From the NCBI GenBank assembly GCA_963734545.1, contig CAVTHO010000005.1, positions 64,001 through 128,000 on the forward strand: 64,000 bases of DNA, in the 5' to 3' direction. This DNA is from an uncultured Spirochaetota bacterium. Its GTDB lineage: Bacteria; Spirochaetota; Spirochaetia; SZUA-6; Fen-1364. Both the position numbers and the translations under genes were made by a program. The notes beneath the pieces are model-generated. The model worked only from the letters and a program-made list of their open reading frames with translations. It was not told the DNA's origin and did not search any database. Positions 39,595 through 49,677 of this stretch are shown here, piece by piece (position 1 is the stretch's first letter; the number at the start of each line of letters is the position of its first letter).

Positions 39595-40344
39595 ATGAGC
39601 GAATCGCTAAAAGGAAAAGTCGCGGTCATTTCCGGCGTCGGCTCGGGCTTCGCGAAAGCAACGGCGGAGCTTTTCGCCCGCGAGGACCAGGTAAGCCTCG
39701 TCATGTTCGACATCAATGAAACCGGCTTGAAGGCAACGGCCGCCGCGTGCGAAGCAGCGGGCTCAAAAGTGGTCGCATTCAAGGGCGACGTGACCAGGCC
39801 GGAGACATTCACCCGGGCGCTGAAGGAGTGCCTGGACAACTTCGGCCATGTCGATTTCCTCATTAATTACGCGGGTGGCGCCGTGAAGGTCGCCCCGATC
39901 GAGGAGATGGACGATGCGGTCAACCGCACGATCATCGACCTGAACCTCACCAGCACGATCATGAGCTGCCGCACCTTCACGCCCCAGTTCAAGAAGCAGG
40001 GCTTCGGCAAGATCATCAATGTCTCCAGCGCCTGCGACCGCCGCTCGTGGCCGGGGTGGTCGGTATATTCGGCGGCCAAGGCAGGCGTCAACGCCTTCAC
40101 CAAGTGCCTCTATACCGAGCTTCGTCCCGCGGGCATCGCGGTCACGCTCCTGGTGCCCGGCGGCTCGAATACCGGCTTCCAGAAAGCGGCGCACGGTGTG
40201 AACAAGTTCGAGTGGGACGAGTCCCTTGCGGTCCGTCCGGAACACTTTGCCGACATGGTCTACCAGACCTGCGCGCTTTCGAGAGGCGGGTGCGTGTCGG
40301 AGATGCTCGTCTACGGCCTGGCCCAGGACGTGAGCGGGTTCTGA
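39595..40344 (+). CDS. SDR family oxidoreductase
   Basis: SGVGSGFA, LINYAG, IINVSS and YSAAK. Confidence 0.9.
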   Translation: MSESLKGKVAVISGVGSGFAKATAELFAREDQVSLVMFDINETGLKATAAACEAAGSKVVAFKGDVTRPETFTRALKECLDNFGHVDFLINYAGGAVKVAPIEEMDDAVNRTIIDLNLTSTIMSCRTFTPQFKKQGFGKIINVSSACDRRSWPGWSVYSAAKAGVNAFTKCLYTELRPAGIAVTLLVPGGSNTGFQKAAHGVNKFEWDESLAVRPEHFADMVYQTCALSRGGCVSEMLVYGLAQDVSGF

Positions 40345-40345
40345 C

Positions 40346-40855
40346 ATGAAACAGATCACGTACAAGAATCTGAGCTCCGAAGGATTCGCCAGGTACGGAA
40401 CCTACGCGCGCATGATCAATCCCGTAGGTCCCCGGCTGGGAGCGGAGCCGATCGAGTTCTTCCGGGACATGGTGCAGTCCCAGCTGGGAAGTGTGCCGGT
40501 GGCCTCCTTCGGGGTCTGTCGGGTCGTGAAGCGCCCCTTTGTGATGGACGTGTCGGAGTACCACGATACCTGTTGCGAAGTCGTCCTTCCTCTGGACGGA
40601 GACGTCCTGATGCACGTAGCGCCGGCAGTCCCCGAAAAGGAGTTCCCTTTCGACCAGGCCGAAGTGTTCCTGGTGCCCCGAGGGACGCTCTGCTGCCTGA
40701 GGCCCGGCGTCTGGCATCACGCGCCCTATGCATTTCACTCGGACGTGGTGAATTGCCTGGTCGCGCTGCCGGAGCGGACGTACATGAACGACTGCAAGGT
40801 CTACGCGTTCCCCGCGGACAGGCACGTGAGCATTTCCGGCGAGGGGGTGCGGTAG
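40346..40855 (+). CDS. Ureidoglycolate lyase-like (AllA) cupin
   Basis: FARYG, SEYHDTCCE and LRPGVWHHAPY. Confidence 0.7.
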   Translation: MKQITYKNLSSEGFARYGTYARMINPVGPRLGAEPIEFFRDMVQSQLGSVPVASFGVCRVVKRPFVMDVSEYHDTCCEVVLPLDGDVLMHVAPAVPEKEFPFDQAEVFLVPRGTLCCLRPGVWHHAPYAFHSDVVNCLVALPERTYMNDCKVYAFPADRHVSISGEGVR

Positions 40856-40966
40856 AAAGAGAAGACGAGAACTTTAAAGCGTGAACGGTGCGGTGCACCG
40901 GCATAGTCAAATAATTTATTTCCTGGCAATAAATTACCTGATTTGATATTTGAAATGATATTTTTC

Positions 40967-40995
40967 TTGACAAATGGAGTCGGGTGCCGCAAAAT
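40967..40995 (+). promoter_or_regulatory. Probable sigma70 promoter of the ABC operon
   Basis: TTGACA-17-CAAAAT in an AT-rich stretch containing ATTTGATA. Confidence 0.45.
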
Positions 40996-41122
40996 ATTGG
41001 GACCATCAGCCAGGAAGTGAAGGGGGGCGAGCAGAGCACAAGGAAGGCTTGATTCAAGAAGTGAAATGGAAAATGTGCGAGGTCTTGTTTTTCACACACA
41101 TATTGAGGAAGGGAGAAGAGAG

Positions 41123-42148
41123 ATGAAGAAAGCACTTTTGTTGCTGGTCGCGCTCGCGATCCTGGCCCCGATGGCATTCGCCGGCGGAGCAGCTGAGTCG
41201 CAGAAGCCCATGAAAATCGCGTTTTTCGTGTCGGACCTGTCCAACGTGTTCCACCAGGGGCAGTTCACCGAGGCAAAGAGGTACGCCAAGGAAAAATACA
41301 ACGCCGAAGTGTACGCCTTTGACGGCAAGTCCGACGGCGCTGTCATGACCCAGAACGTGGACCAGGTCGTGGCACAGGGCATGGACGCGGCCACCCTGCA
41401 CATCTGGGACGCTGAAGCAGCGACGCCCGGTGTCAACGCGGCGCTCAAGAAGGGCATCATCATGACGTCGTTCTTCAGCCCGCTGGGCGACACGGGCATT
41501 CCCACGGCCCGCAGCGATGAGGCAGGTATCTCCTTCGCGATGGGCGTGGAGATGGCCAAACAGTGGAAAGCGGCATTCCCGAACAAACCGATCGTGATGG
41601 TGCAGCTCGGATGGCCGAACCACACGGAAGTGAAGTCCGGACGCACCGACCCCTTCGTGAAGGGCGTTCTCTCTGTGGATCCGAAGGCCACGAATCTCGG
41701 ATGCCAGGATGCAAGCAAGGGACCCGACGCGACCAAGCAGATCGTCCTGGACCTCGTGACCCAGCATCCCGAAGTCAACCTGATCTACTCCGAAGCGTCC
41801 AACCTGACGGTCGGCACCATGGCCGCCCTGACCCAGGCCGGCAGGGGCAAGTTCGCCAACGGCAAGCCGCTCACGGAAATCGTCTGCAGCGTCGACTTCG
41901 ACGAGGTCGAGATGAAGAGCCTGTACGATCCCAACAGCTCGCTGAAGCTCTCCATGGGTCTTCCGCCCATCGAAACGGGCCGCGGCAGGATCGACCTCAT
42001 CATGGACATCAAGAACGGCAAAGTGAAGCCGACTTCGCAGCCCGCGGTGGAGAAGTTCTACAAGGCGTACAACATCTCCTATTGGACGATGCCGCGCGCC
42101 GACGCCGTGAAGTGGCTCAACAGCCAGTTCGGAACCAGCGTTCAGTAG
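41123..42148 (+). CDS. Sugar ABC transporter substrate-binding protein (RbsB-like)
   Basis: Signal MKKALLLL...AFAGGAAE; KIAFFVSDLSNVF, periplasmic binding protein type I. Confidence 0.88.
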   Translation: MKKALLLLVALAILAPMAFAGGAAESQKPMKIAFFVSDLSNVFHQGQFTEAKRYAKEKYNAEVYAFDGKSDGAVMTQNVDQVVAQGMDAATLHIWDAEAATPGVNAALKKGIIMTSFFSPLGDTGIPTARSDEAGISFAMGVEMAKQWKAAFPNKPIVMVQLGWPNHTEVKSGRTDPFVKGVLSVDPKATNLGCQDASKGPDATKQIVLDLVTQHPEVNLIYSEASNLTVGTMAALTQAGRGKFANGKPLTEIVCSVDFDEVEMKSLYDPNSSLKLSMGLPPIETGRGRIDLIMDIKNGKVKPTSQPAVEKFYKAYNISYWTMPRADAVKWLNSQFGTSVQ

Positions 42149-42163
42149 ACTGACCTGATTTTC

Positions 42164-42199
42164 GGCAGGGGGAAGGCGCGCACGCTTCCCCCTGCTGCC
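42164..42199 (+). terminator. Intercistronic stem-loop after the binding-protein gene
   Basis: GCAGGGGGAAG/CTTCCCCCTGC stem; no U-tract, so possibly an mRNA stabiliser. Confidence 0.5.
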
Positions 42200-42214
42200 G
42201 TGAGGGAGCCGACG

Positions 42215-43705
42215 ATGAAACTGACAGACAACGTCTTGGAGATCAGGGACCTTCTGAAGGAGTTCCCCAGCGTGCAGGCAGTCAACAACGTCAGCTTCGA
42301 CATCAAGAGAAATACCGTCCACTGCCTGGTGGGCGAAAATGGCGCGGGGAAATCCACCCTGATCAAGATCCTCACGGGCGCGACAATGCGATCGGGCGGC
42401 ACGATGCTGCTCAACGGTGAGGAATACAATCCGCACAGTCCCAAGGAAGCAAAGCAGAAAGGGATCAGCACGCTGTTCCAGGAGCTGAACGTGGTGGACC
42501 AGCTCACGGTGGAAGAAAACCTGACGCTGGGCATGGAGGACACGACGTTCGGTTTTCTCCGCAAGACGGACAAGATCAACAAGATCGTCAGCGTGATGAA
42601 CAGCCTGGAGCCCTCCATCAACCCGCGGCAGCTGGTCTCCACCCTGAGCGTGGCAAAGAAGCAGATCGTGGAGATCGCAAAAGCGGTGGCCACCGAATCC
42701 GATATCATCATCATGGACGAACCGACCGCCGCGATCTCCGAAAGCGAGATCGCCCGCCTGTTCAAGATCGTCAAGGGTCTGCGCGAGAAGAACGTGACCG
42801 TCATCTACATATCCCACCGGCTGGACGAAATATTCGAGCTCGGAGACTACGTCACGGTCATGCGTGACGGCAGGCACATCGACACGAAGCCCGTGTCCGA
42901 GATAAAGGAACGCTCCGACCTCATCAAGATGATGATCGGGAAGACGGTTTTCGAGCAGTACACGCCGAAGGAGGGCGCCTGCAAGGACGTCATCCTCCAG
43001 GTCAAAAACCTTTCCAACCACAAGCTGAACAATGTGTCATTCGACGTCCACGAGGGGGAGATCGTCGGCTTCTACGGCCTGGTAGGCGCGGGCAAGACGG
43101 AGCTCGCGCGCGCCATCTACGGCGCCGACGCGTACACCGGCGAGATCACTTTCAAGGGAAAGAAGCTGTCCCCCGCTCCCGACAAGGTGATCGAGGCAGG
43201 GATCGCCCTGGTGCCGGAGGAACGAAGGTCCCAGGGGCTTTTTACCGTGCTGACGATCCGCGGCAATGTGCCCGTGATGAACATGGGAAAGATCTCCCGC
43301 AATGGCTTCATCAATGCGGGGCAGGAAAAAAAGGCCACTCTCGAATACATCGACAAGCTCAGGATCGCCACCAGCAGCACGGAAAAGGAGGCATCGAAGC
43401 TTTCCGGAGGCAACCAGCAGAAGGTGGTTCTTTCCAAGTGCCTGTTCGCGGACGCCGATCTCCTCATGCTGGACGAGCCGACGCGCGGCATCGACGTAGG
43501 CGCAAAGAGCGAGATCTACGGCATCATCCGCCGGCTCTCCGCGGAAGGAAAATCCATCATGATTTTCTCCTCGGAGCTGCCGGAGGTGGTCAACATATGC
43601 GACACGATCTATCTCCTGTTTGACGGGAGCGTGAAGGACATGATCAGAAACGGATGCGACATCGACAGTGAGAAGATCATCCACGTTGTCACAGGGGGAA
43701 ACTGA
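42215..43705 (+). CDS. Sugar ABC transporter ATP-binding protein (RbsA-like, two NBDs)
   Basis: GENGAGKST, MDEPT, LSGGNQQK and DEPTRGIDVGAK. Confidence 0.95.
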   Translation: MKLTDNVLEIRDLLKEFPSVQAVNNVSFDIKRNTVHCLVGENGAGKSTLIKILTGATMRSGGTMLLNGEEYNPHSPKEAKQKGISTLFQELNVVDQLTVEENLTLGMEDTTFGFLRKTDKINKIVSVMNSLEPSINPRQLVSTLSVAKKQIVEIAKAVATESDIIIMDEPTAAISESEIARLFKIVKGLREKNVTVIYISHRLDEIFELGDYVTVMRDGRHIDTKPVSEIKERSDLIKMMIGKTVFEQYTPKEGACKDVILQVKNLSNHKLNNVSFDVHEGEIVGFYGLVGAGKTELARAIYGADAYTGEITFKGKKLSPAPDKVIEAGIALVPEERRSQGLFTVLTIRGNVPVMNMGKISRNGFINAGQEKKATLEYIDKLRIATSSTEKEASKLSGGNQQKVVLSKCLFADADLLMLDEPTRGIDVGAKSEIYGIIRRLSAEGKSIMIFSSELPEVVNICDTIYLLFDGSVKDMIRNGCDIDSEKIIHVVTGGN

Positions 43706-43706
43706 C

Positions 43707-44726
43707 GTGGAAACGAACCAGTCGAGAAGACGGATCGGCAGCCGATTGAGCAACGAGTCGTTCAATACCCTTTTCATGATCGGGGTCCTTGTCGCCCTCT
43801 TCGGCATTGCCTGCGCGGTCGTGCCCAACTTCTATCTGCCGCAGAACATGCTCAACCTCCTGACGAACAACTGGTTCGTCATCATCATAGGGATCGGTGT
43901 CACGTTCCTGCTGATCACGGGCAACTTCGACATGTCGGTCGGCGGCGTCATCGCGTTGACGGGCGTGCTGTCCGTCTATTTCTGCCAGGGGGTGAATGTA
44001 TCCCAGAACGCGCTGGCCAACGGGCTGGGATTCCCGTACGGCGTGGCGGTTGCGCTGGCCCTCTTGTGCGCCATGGGAATCGGGGCGATCAACGCATTCT
44101 TCATCGCCCGCCTCAAGGTGCCTTCCATCATCATCACGCTGGGCACGATGATGCTCGCGCGCGGCATTGCCCAGGTCATCACGCTGGGCGCCCAGAGGAA
44201 TACCAGCCTGCCGGACGTATTCGGTGTCGTGGGAAACATGGCCATCGGCGGCACCTCCATCAAGGTTTCGGTCCTGATCATGGTTCTCCTCGTGGTCGCT
44301 GCATTCATCTTCGAAAAGATGACGGTGTCCGGCCGCCGCACGTATCTCATCGGGGCCAATCCCGTCGCTGCCCGGCTTTCGGGAATAAAAGTGGGACGGC
44401 ACCTCACCTCGCTGTACCTGATCAGCGCCCTGCTGGCGGGCATCACGGGGATCCTTCTTGCCTCCGAGTTCAAGGCCGGTGTGTCGAACCGTGCAACGGG
44501 ATACGAGTTCGATGCGCTGGTGGTATCTCTCCTGGGCGGCGTGAGTATCGCGGGCGGGTTCGGCTCCGTGCTGGGGATGTTCGTCGGCGCGGTGATTCTC
44601 TCCGTGATGACCACGTCCGCCACCGGCCTGCTGCTGTCGCCGGACTGGCAATTCACCCTCAAGGGCATCGTGACATTCATCGCGATCCTCGCGCAGCGGT
44701 TTGCCCTGGACAGAAGGAAGGGCTGA
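43707..44726 (+). CDS. Sugar ABC permease (RbsC-like)
   Basis: GNFDMSVG, IITLG, GANPVAARLSGI and LLGGVSIAGG.G. Confidence 0.92.
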   Translation: METNQSRRRIGSRLSNESFNTLFMIGVLVALFGIACAVVPNFYLPQNMLNLLTNNWFVIIIGIGVTFLLITGNFDMSVGGVIALTGVLSVYFCQGVNVSQNALANGLGFPYGVAVALALLCAMGIGAINAFFIARLKVPSIIITLGTMMLARGIAQVITLGAQRNTSLPDVFGVVGNMAIGGTSIKVSVLIMVLLVVAAFIFEKMTVSGRRTYLIGANPVAARLSGIKVGRHLTSLYLISALLAGITGILLASEFKAGVSNRATGYEFDALVVSLLGGVSIAGGFGSVLGMFVGAVILSVMTTSATGLLLSPDWQFTLKGIVTFIAILAQRFALDRRKG

Positions 44727-44730
44727 CGAC

Positions 44731-45774
44731 ATGAACGTGAACAACGGGAAGCAGGAAATGCTGCGCGCCGAGCGGGATCGATCGGAGTCGCTCAGAAAGA
44801 ATATCAAGAACCTCTATATCTACGTCGTCCTGGTCCTGATCGTCGTGGTCTTCAGCGTGGTGAAGCTGGGCCAGGTGGAGATGTTCGGCCGCGGGCACTT
44901 TCTCAGCCCGGACAGCATCATCAATCTCCTGCGCTCCGCCGCTCCCATACTCACCCTCGGAGGCGCTTTCACGCTGTTGATGATCTCCGGCTACATCGAC
45001 CTGTCCGTGGGCAGCGCGATGAGCTTGAGCGCGGTCGTGTTCGCCTGGCTGATCCTGAACGGGTTCCCGTTTCTTCCCGCTTTCATCATCACGGCGATCG
45101 TGGGAGTCGGGATGGGATACCTCAATGGTTTCCTGGTCGTGAAGCTGCGCATCACGCCCGTGATCGCCACGCTGGTGACGCTGAACCTCTTCAAGGGCAT
45201 CGCGCTTCTGATCGTGCCGGGCGGTTTGTCGGCCATCAAGGGGAGCGCGGCCAGGGTCATGCCGGCCTGGATCAATGACTACGGCCGCAAGGACGTGATT
45301 CTCGGCCTGCCATGGGCGTTCTTCGTCGCGCTTGCCGTGATCGCCGTGCTGGTCATCGTGCAGAGGAAGACGATCGTCGGCAAGTATGCCGCCGCAATCG
45401 GCGGTAACCGGACTGCGGCGGAGTTGTCCGGCATCAACGCGGTGAAGTGGGTGTGGGTTCTGTATATCATGGTGGGGTTCTTTGCTGCGTTCGCCGGCAC
45501 CGCGCGGGCCAGCTACATGTCCCTCGGGGACCCCCTTTCGGGGGACGGCATGGAGCTCGACTGCATCATCGCCGTCCTGCTGGGGGGCACTGCCTTCTCC
45601 GGCGGCGAGGGATCGGTTGCGAAAACTATCGTCGGCGCGCTCATCATCATGTGCGTGACAACGGGGCTGATGACGGTCATTCCCGCGTTCTGGCAGGTGG
45701 TGGCCAAGGGCAGCGTGCTCCTCCTCGCCGTCGTCCTCAACCACGTGCTGGTGCAGGAAAAGGCGACCGCATAG
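44731..45774 (+). CDS. Sugar ABC permease (RbsC-like)
   Basis: GYIDLSVG, IGGNRTAAELSGIN and ELDCIIAVLLGGT...GGEG. Confidence 0.92.
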   Translation: MNVNNGKQEMLRAERDRSESLRKNIKNLYIYVVLVLIVVVFSVVKLGQVEMFGRGHFLSPDSIINLLRSAAPILTLGGAFTLLMISGYIDLSVGSAMSLSAVVFAWLILNGFPFLPAFIITAIVGVGMGYLNGFLVVKLRITPVIATLVTLNLFKGIALLIVPGGLSAIKGSAARVMPAWINDYGRKDVILGLPWAFFVALAVIAVLVIVQRKTIVGKYAAAIGGNRTAAELSGINAVKWVWVLYIMVGFFAAFAGTARASYMSLGDPLSGDGMELDCIIAVLLGGTAFSGGEGSVAKTIVGALIIMCVTTGLMTVIPAFWQVVAKGSVLLLAVVLNHVLVQEKATA

Positions 45775-45776
45775 TC

Positions 45777-47048
45777 ATGATCCGGGAAAAGGAGGTCCAG
45801 TCACTGCGGAGGCTCGCCGGCCGCTGGATGGAACATGCCTCCCATCCGGTGATGGCCGAAAGGCGCCGGCAGTGGCGGGCGGTGAAGGACCTGAAAGCGG
45901 AAAGGCCCATGATCCTCGTGGAAACCTGCATGCTGGCGGACTACATCGGCAGGAACGAGCTGATCTGCGAGGACCCCTATGTCCGCAACATCGAGAAGTC
46001 CCTCTACGAAATCGTGCGGCACGCCGACGAGATCGGGGACGACATCGTGGTGGACCCGTATTTCCGGATCCCCTGGGTCCTGGAGATCTCCGACTACGGT
46101 GTGCCGATCGAGGCGCACCATGCCGTCACCTCCAGCGGCAGCGACCTGGGCTATTCCTTCAACTTCGGGGTGCAGTCGGAAAAGGACGCGCGCAAGCTCC
46201 ACGTGCGCACCCGCAGCGTGAACCGGCGGGAGAGTCTCCACCAGAAGGACCTCCTGGAGGACATCTTCGGCGACATCCTGCCGGTGCGTCTTGGCGGCTA
46301 CGATCATTTCGATCCCGACCCGGGCTATCGTCCCTGGCTGGGCAACCTCTACGCCGGCCTTACCATGGACCTGTTCAAGCTGATCGGCAATGACAACCTG
46401 CTCACCTGGGTCTATGACAAGCCGGCCCTGCTCCACGCCATCATGACGGTGATCCGCGACGATCGCAAAGCGCACTTCCGGTTCCTGGAAAAGGAGGGGC
46501 TTCTCTACCAGAACACGGACACGTGGATGCCCTGCCCCGGCAGCTACGGCTTCGTGTCGGACCTGCCGCAGCCGGACCACGACGGCAAGGTGCGGCTGGC
46601 GGACTGCTGGTGCTGGACCGAATCCCAGGAGAGCGCGCCGATATCACCGACCATGTTCGAGGAGTTCTTTCTCCCCGCCATCGCCGAGGTCACCCGGCCG
46701 TTCGGGCTCACCTACTATGGGTGCTGTGAAGGGCTGCATGACCGGTTCCCGCGCATTGCAAGAGCGATCCCGAACCTCCGCGCGGTCTCGGTGTCCGGGT
46801 GGAGCGATCTTGCCTGCATGGGCGAGATGCTGGGCAGGAAGTACGTGTACTCGCGCAAGCCGACGCCCGCCTACATCAGCGGCGCGCACCCGAACTGGGA
46901 GCTTCTGAAAAAAGACGTGCGGGACACGCTGAGTGCCGCGAAAGACTGCAGCCTCGAGTTCTGCTTCCGCGACATCTACACCATCGACGGCGACCGGTCC
47001 CGGCTGTCGCGATGGGTCCGCATGACCCGGGCGATGATGGGAGAGTGA
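45777..47048 (+). CDS. Uncharacterised URO-D-like TIM-barrel protein
   Basis: ESQE...ISPTMFEEFFLP, YYGCCE.LH, VSVS.W and YSRKPTP; last gene of the ABC operon. Confidence 0.65.
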   Translation: MIREKEVQSLRRLAGRWMEHASHPVMAERRRQWRAVKDLKAERPMILVETCMLADYIGRNELICEDPYVRNIEKSLYEIVRHADEIGDDIVVDPYFRIPWVLEISDYGVPIEAHHAVTSSGSDLGYSFNFGVQSEKDARKLHVRTRSVNRRESLHQKDLLEDIFGDILPVRLGGYDHFDPDPGYRPWLGNLYAGLTMDLFKLIGNDNLLTWVYDKPALLHAIMTVIRDDRKAHFRFLEKEGLLYQNTDTWMPCPGSYGFVSDLPQPDHDGKVRLADCWCWTESQESAPISPTMFEEFFLPAIAEVTRPFGLTYYGCCEGLHDRFPRIARAIPNLRAVSVSGWSDLACMGEMLGRKYVYSRKPTPAYISGAHPNWELLKKDVRDTLSAAKDCSLEFCFRDIYTIDGDRSRLSRWVRMTRAMMGE

Positions 47049-47088
47049 TCCTCCGCCCCCGACTCCCGCCGTCCGCGCGGCCCGAAGT

Positions 47089-47117
47089 TTGACGAACGTC
47101 ATGGCACATGCTAGTGT
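47089..47117 (+). promoter_or_regulatory. sigma70 promoter of the kinase-SorC-kinase operon
   Basis: TTGACG-17-TAGTGT; spacer similar to the promoters at 53395 and 53447. Confidence 0.6.
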
Positions 47118-47127
47118 GGGGAGAAGT

Positions 47128-48636
47128 ATGAACGCGCGCACCTGGCTGATGGGAATCGACAACGGGGGCACGGTGACGAAAGCCGCGCTGTACGACACGG
47201 CAGGCAGAGAGATCGCCGTTTCGAGCGTGAAGACGGAGATGCTCTTCCCGCACCCGGGGCACACGGAAAAGAATATCGATGACCTCTGGGCAGCCAACGC
47301 GGGCGTGATCTCAGAGGTCATGCGGAAGGCGCGGGTCGCGCCGGAGGAAATAGCCGGGCTCGCCGTGACCGGGCACGGAAACGGCATGTACCTCGTCGGA
47401 GCCGACGGGAGACCCGTGCATGACGGGATCAACTCTGCCGACAGCAGGGCCGCTGCCTACGTGGCCCGGTGGTACGAGGACGGCACCTACGAGAGAATTC
47501 TTCCCCGCACGTGTCAGTCGATCTGGGCAGCCCAGCCGGCGGCGCTCCTTGCCTGGTTCATGGACCACGAGCCCGAGACCCTGGCGCGGACGCGCTGGGT
47601 CTTCATGTGCAAGGACTATGTCCGCTATCGCCTCACCGGTGAGGCGTGCGCCGAGGTCACCGACTATTCGGGCCTCAATCTCATGAACGTGCGGGACCTG
47701 CGCTACGACCCCGAAGTGCTTTCCGCGTTCGGGATCACCGGCATCAAGGACAAGCTTCCGCCCATCCGAAAGTCCGGTGAAATCTGCGGCACGGTGAGCA
47801 GGAGCGCGGCGGCGGAAACAGGTCTCCGGGAAGGCACCCCTGTGGCGGGCGGGCTCTTCGACATCAGCGCGTGCGCAATCGGCACGGGCATCACGACCCC
47901 TGACAGGTTGTGCCTCGTCGCGGGCTCCTGGAGCATCAACGAGTACATCAGCCCGGCCCCGGTGCAGGATCGGGACCTGTTCATGACATCCGCATACTGC
48001 ATCCCCGGCTACTGGCTCATCACCGAGGCGAGCGCCACCTCGGCGAGCAACCTCGAGTGGGTGGTTTCGGAGCTGATGCCTGCCGAGCGCAGGGCGGCAC
48101 AGGAAAAGGGCGGCTCCGTGTTCGAAGCGGTCAACGCGATGGTGGACGGCATAGCCCCGGAAGATTCCGATGTGCTGTTTCTGCCCTTCCTCTTCGGCAG
48201 CAGCGCCGGCCCGAAGGCCACCGCGGGCTTCCTCGGCATGCGCGGCTGGCACGGAAGGCCGCACATGCTGCGGGCCGTGTACGAGGGTGTCGTTTTCTCA
48301 CACAAGACCCACATTGACCGGCTCCTCCGGCACCGCGGAAAGCCGCAGGCGGCGCGGATCGCCGGCGGCGCCGCGAAGTCGGAAGTCTGGGTGCAGATGT
48401 TCGCCGATGTCCTGCAGCTTCCCATCGAGCTGACGGCCTGCGAGGAGCTGGGAGCCATGGGCGCCGCAATCTGCGCGGGGGTCGGGGTCGGGTTGTTCGG
48501 CACCTTTGAGGATGCGGTGGAGCGCATGGTGCGCGTGTCCCGCACGGTGGAGCCCAAGAAGGAAAACAGGCAGGTCTACTGCGACAAGTACGGGCGCTAC
48601 ATGCGGCACATCGAGGCGCTGCGTACCGCGTGGTGA
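47128..48636 (+). CDS. lyxK: FGGY kinase, L-xylulose/3-keto-L-gulonate kinase-like
   Basis: GIDNGGTVTKA, TGHGNGMYL, MCKDY, GGLFD, AGSWSINE and SATSASNLEW. Confidence 0.75.
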   Translation: MNARTWLMGIDNGGTVTKAALYDTAGREIAVSSVKTEMLFPHPGHTEKNIDDLWAANAGVISEVMRKARVAPEEIAGLAVTGHGNGMYLVGADGRPVHDGINSADSRAAAYVARWYEDGTYERILPRTCQSIWAAQPAALLAWFMDHEPETLARTRWVFMCKDYVRYRLTGEACAEVTDYSGLNLMNVRDLRYDPEVLSAFGITGIKDKLPPIRKSGEICGTVSRSAAAETGLREGTPVAGGLFDISACAIGTGITTPDRLCLVAGSWSINEYISPAPVQDRDLFMTSAYCIPGYWLITEASATSASNLEWVVSELMPAERRAAQEKGGSVFEAVNAMVDGIAPEDSDVLFLPFLFGSSAGPKATAGFLGMRGWHGRPHMLRAVYEGVVFSHKTHIDRLLRHRGKPQAARIAGGAAKSEVWVQMFADVLQLPIELTACEELGAMGAAICAGVGVGLFGTFEDAVERMVRVSRTVEPKKENRQVYCDKYGRYMRHIEALRTAW

Positions 48637-48642
48637 GCATGC

Positions 48643-49641
48643 ATGGATGATCTCCAGCTCATGGTGAGTGTGGCGCGCATGTACTACCAGCAGGGTCTGA
48701 AGCAGGAAGAGATCGCGAAACGCATGAAGGTCTCCCGCGCCTCCATCTCCCTCATTCTCGCCGAGGCGCGCCGCAGCGGCATCGTCGAGATCACGATCCG
48801 TAACCCCCTGGAGGACAATGCGGAGCTCTCGCGGGCGCTGTGCGCCCAGTTCGGTCTTGCCCGCTGTGTCGTCGTGCCGACCTCCCTCCGGGAGACCGAC
48901 ATCCTCATCGACCTGACCGCCTCCCGCGCCGCGGAGATCTTCGATGAAGAGGCAAAGAGCGGGGACACGGTGGGCATCGCCTGGGGCAGGACCTGTCACG
49001 CCTTCATGTCCCGCTATGCGGCGCGCGGCTTCCTGCAGGGAATGCAGGTGATCCCGATGATCGGGGGCAGCAACAGGAACCTGGAGCGCTACCAGCTGAA
49101 CGAGATGGTGCGTCTGTTCGCGGAGAAGCTGCAGGCCACCCCGTCCTTCATTCATGCACCGGCGCTTGCGTCCTCGCGTGAGGACTTCGCGCTCTACATG
49201 GGAAGCTCGTCCATGAAAGGGGTCATGGAGAAGTGGCGCGCGATCAATATCGCGGTGGTCTCGGTGGGGGCCCCGCCGGTCTCCCGGGAGTTCGACGGCT
49301 CCCGGGTCCTCGCGGCGCGGAAGTCCGCGGCACCCGAGGCGCTCCCCATCGGCGACATCTGCGCGCGCTATTTCGACGTGAAGGGGCGTTTCGTGGAAGA
49401 CGAGCTCTCCGGCCGGATCATCGGCATCCCGGTGGAAAGCCTGCGGCGGATCCCGAAGATCCTCTGCGTGGTCGGGGGACCGGAGAAGGCCTACTCGCTC
49501 CTCGGCGCTCTGAAGACCGGTCTCATCACCATCCTCGTGACGGACGAAAAGACGGCGGCGGCGGTCCTCGAGGCACGCCATGAAGAGGAGTCGGGCCGGA
49601 TCGGGCGAAGCATTGCGCGGCTGTTCGACCAGTCGGAATGA
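48643..49641 (+). CDS. SorC/DeoR-family sugar-binding transcriptional regulator
   Basis: VARMYYQQGLKQEEIA...SRASIS, GIAWGRT, GDICARYFD and LVTDE. Confidence 0.92.
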   Translation: MDDLQLMVSVARMYYQQGLKQEEIAKRMKVSRASISLILAEARRSGIVEITIRNPLEDNAELSRALCAQFGLARCVVVPTSLRETDILIDLTASRAAEIFDEEAKSGDTVGIAWGRTCHAFMSRYAARGFLQGMQVIPMIGGSNRNLERYQLNEMVRLFAEKLQATPSFIHAPALASSREDFALYMGSSSMKGVMEKWRAINIAVVSVGAPPVSREFDGSRVLAARKSAAPEALPIGDICARYFDVKGRFVEDELSGRIIGIPVESLRRIPKILCVVGGPEKAYSLLGALKTGLITILVTDEKTAAAVLEARHEEESGRIGRSIARLFDQSE

Positions 49642-49677
49642 AGGATGCGCGCTCTCGGCGCGCGGGGAGAACTGAGC

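Noticed and set aside
38396-47048. Corrinoid-dependent methyltransferase system linked to btuB
   Set aside because: No DxHxxG corrinoid protein or RACE activator in the window, and btuB is more than 20 kb away; the link is unsupported.
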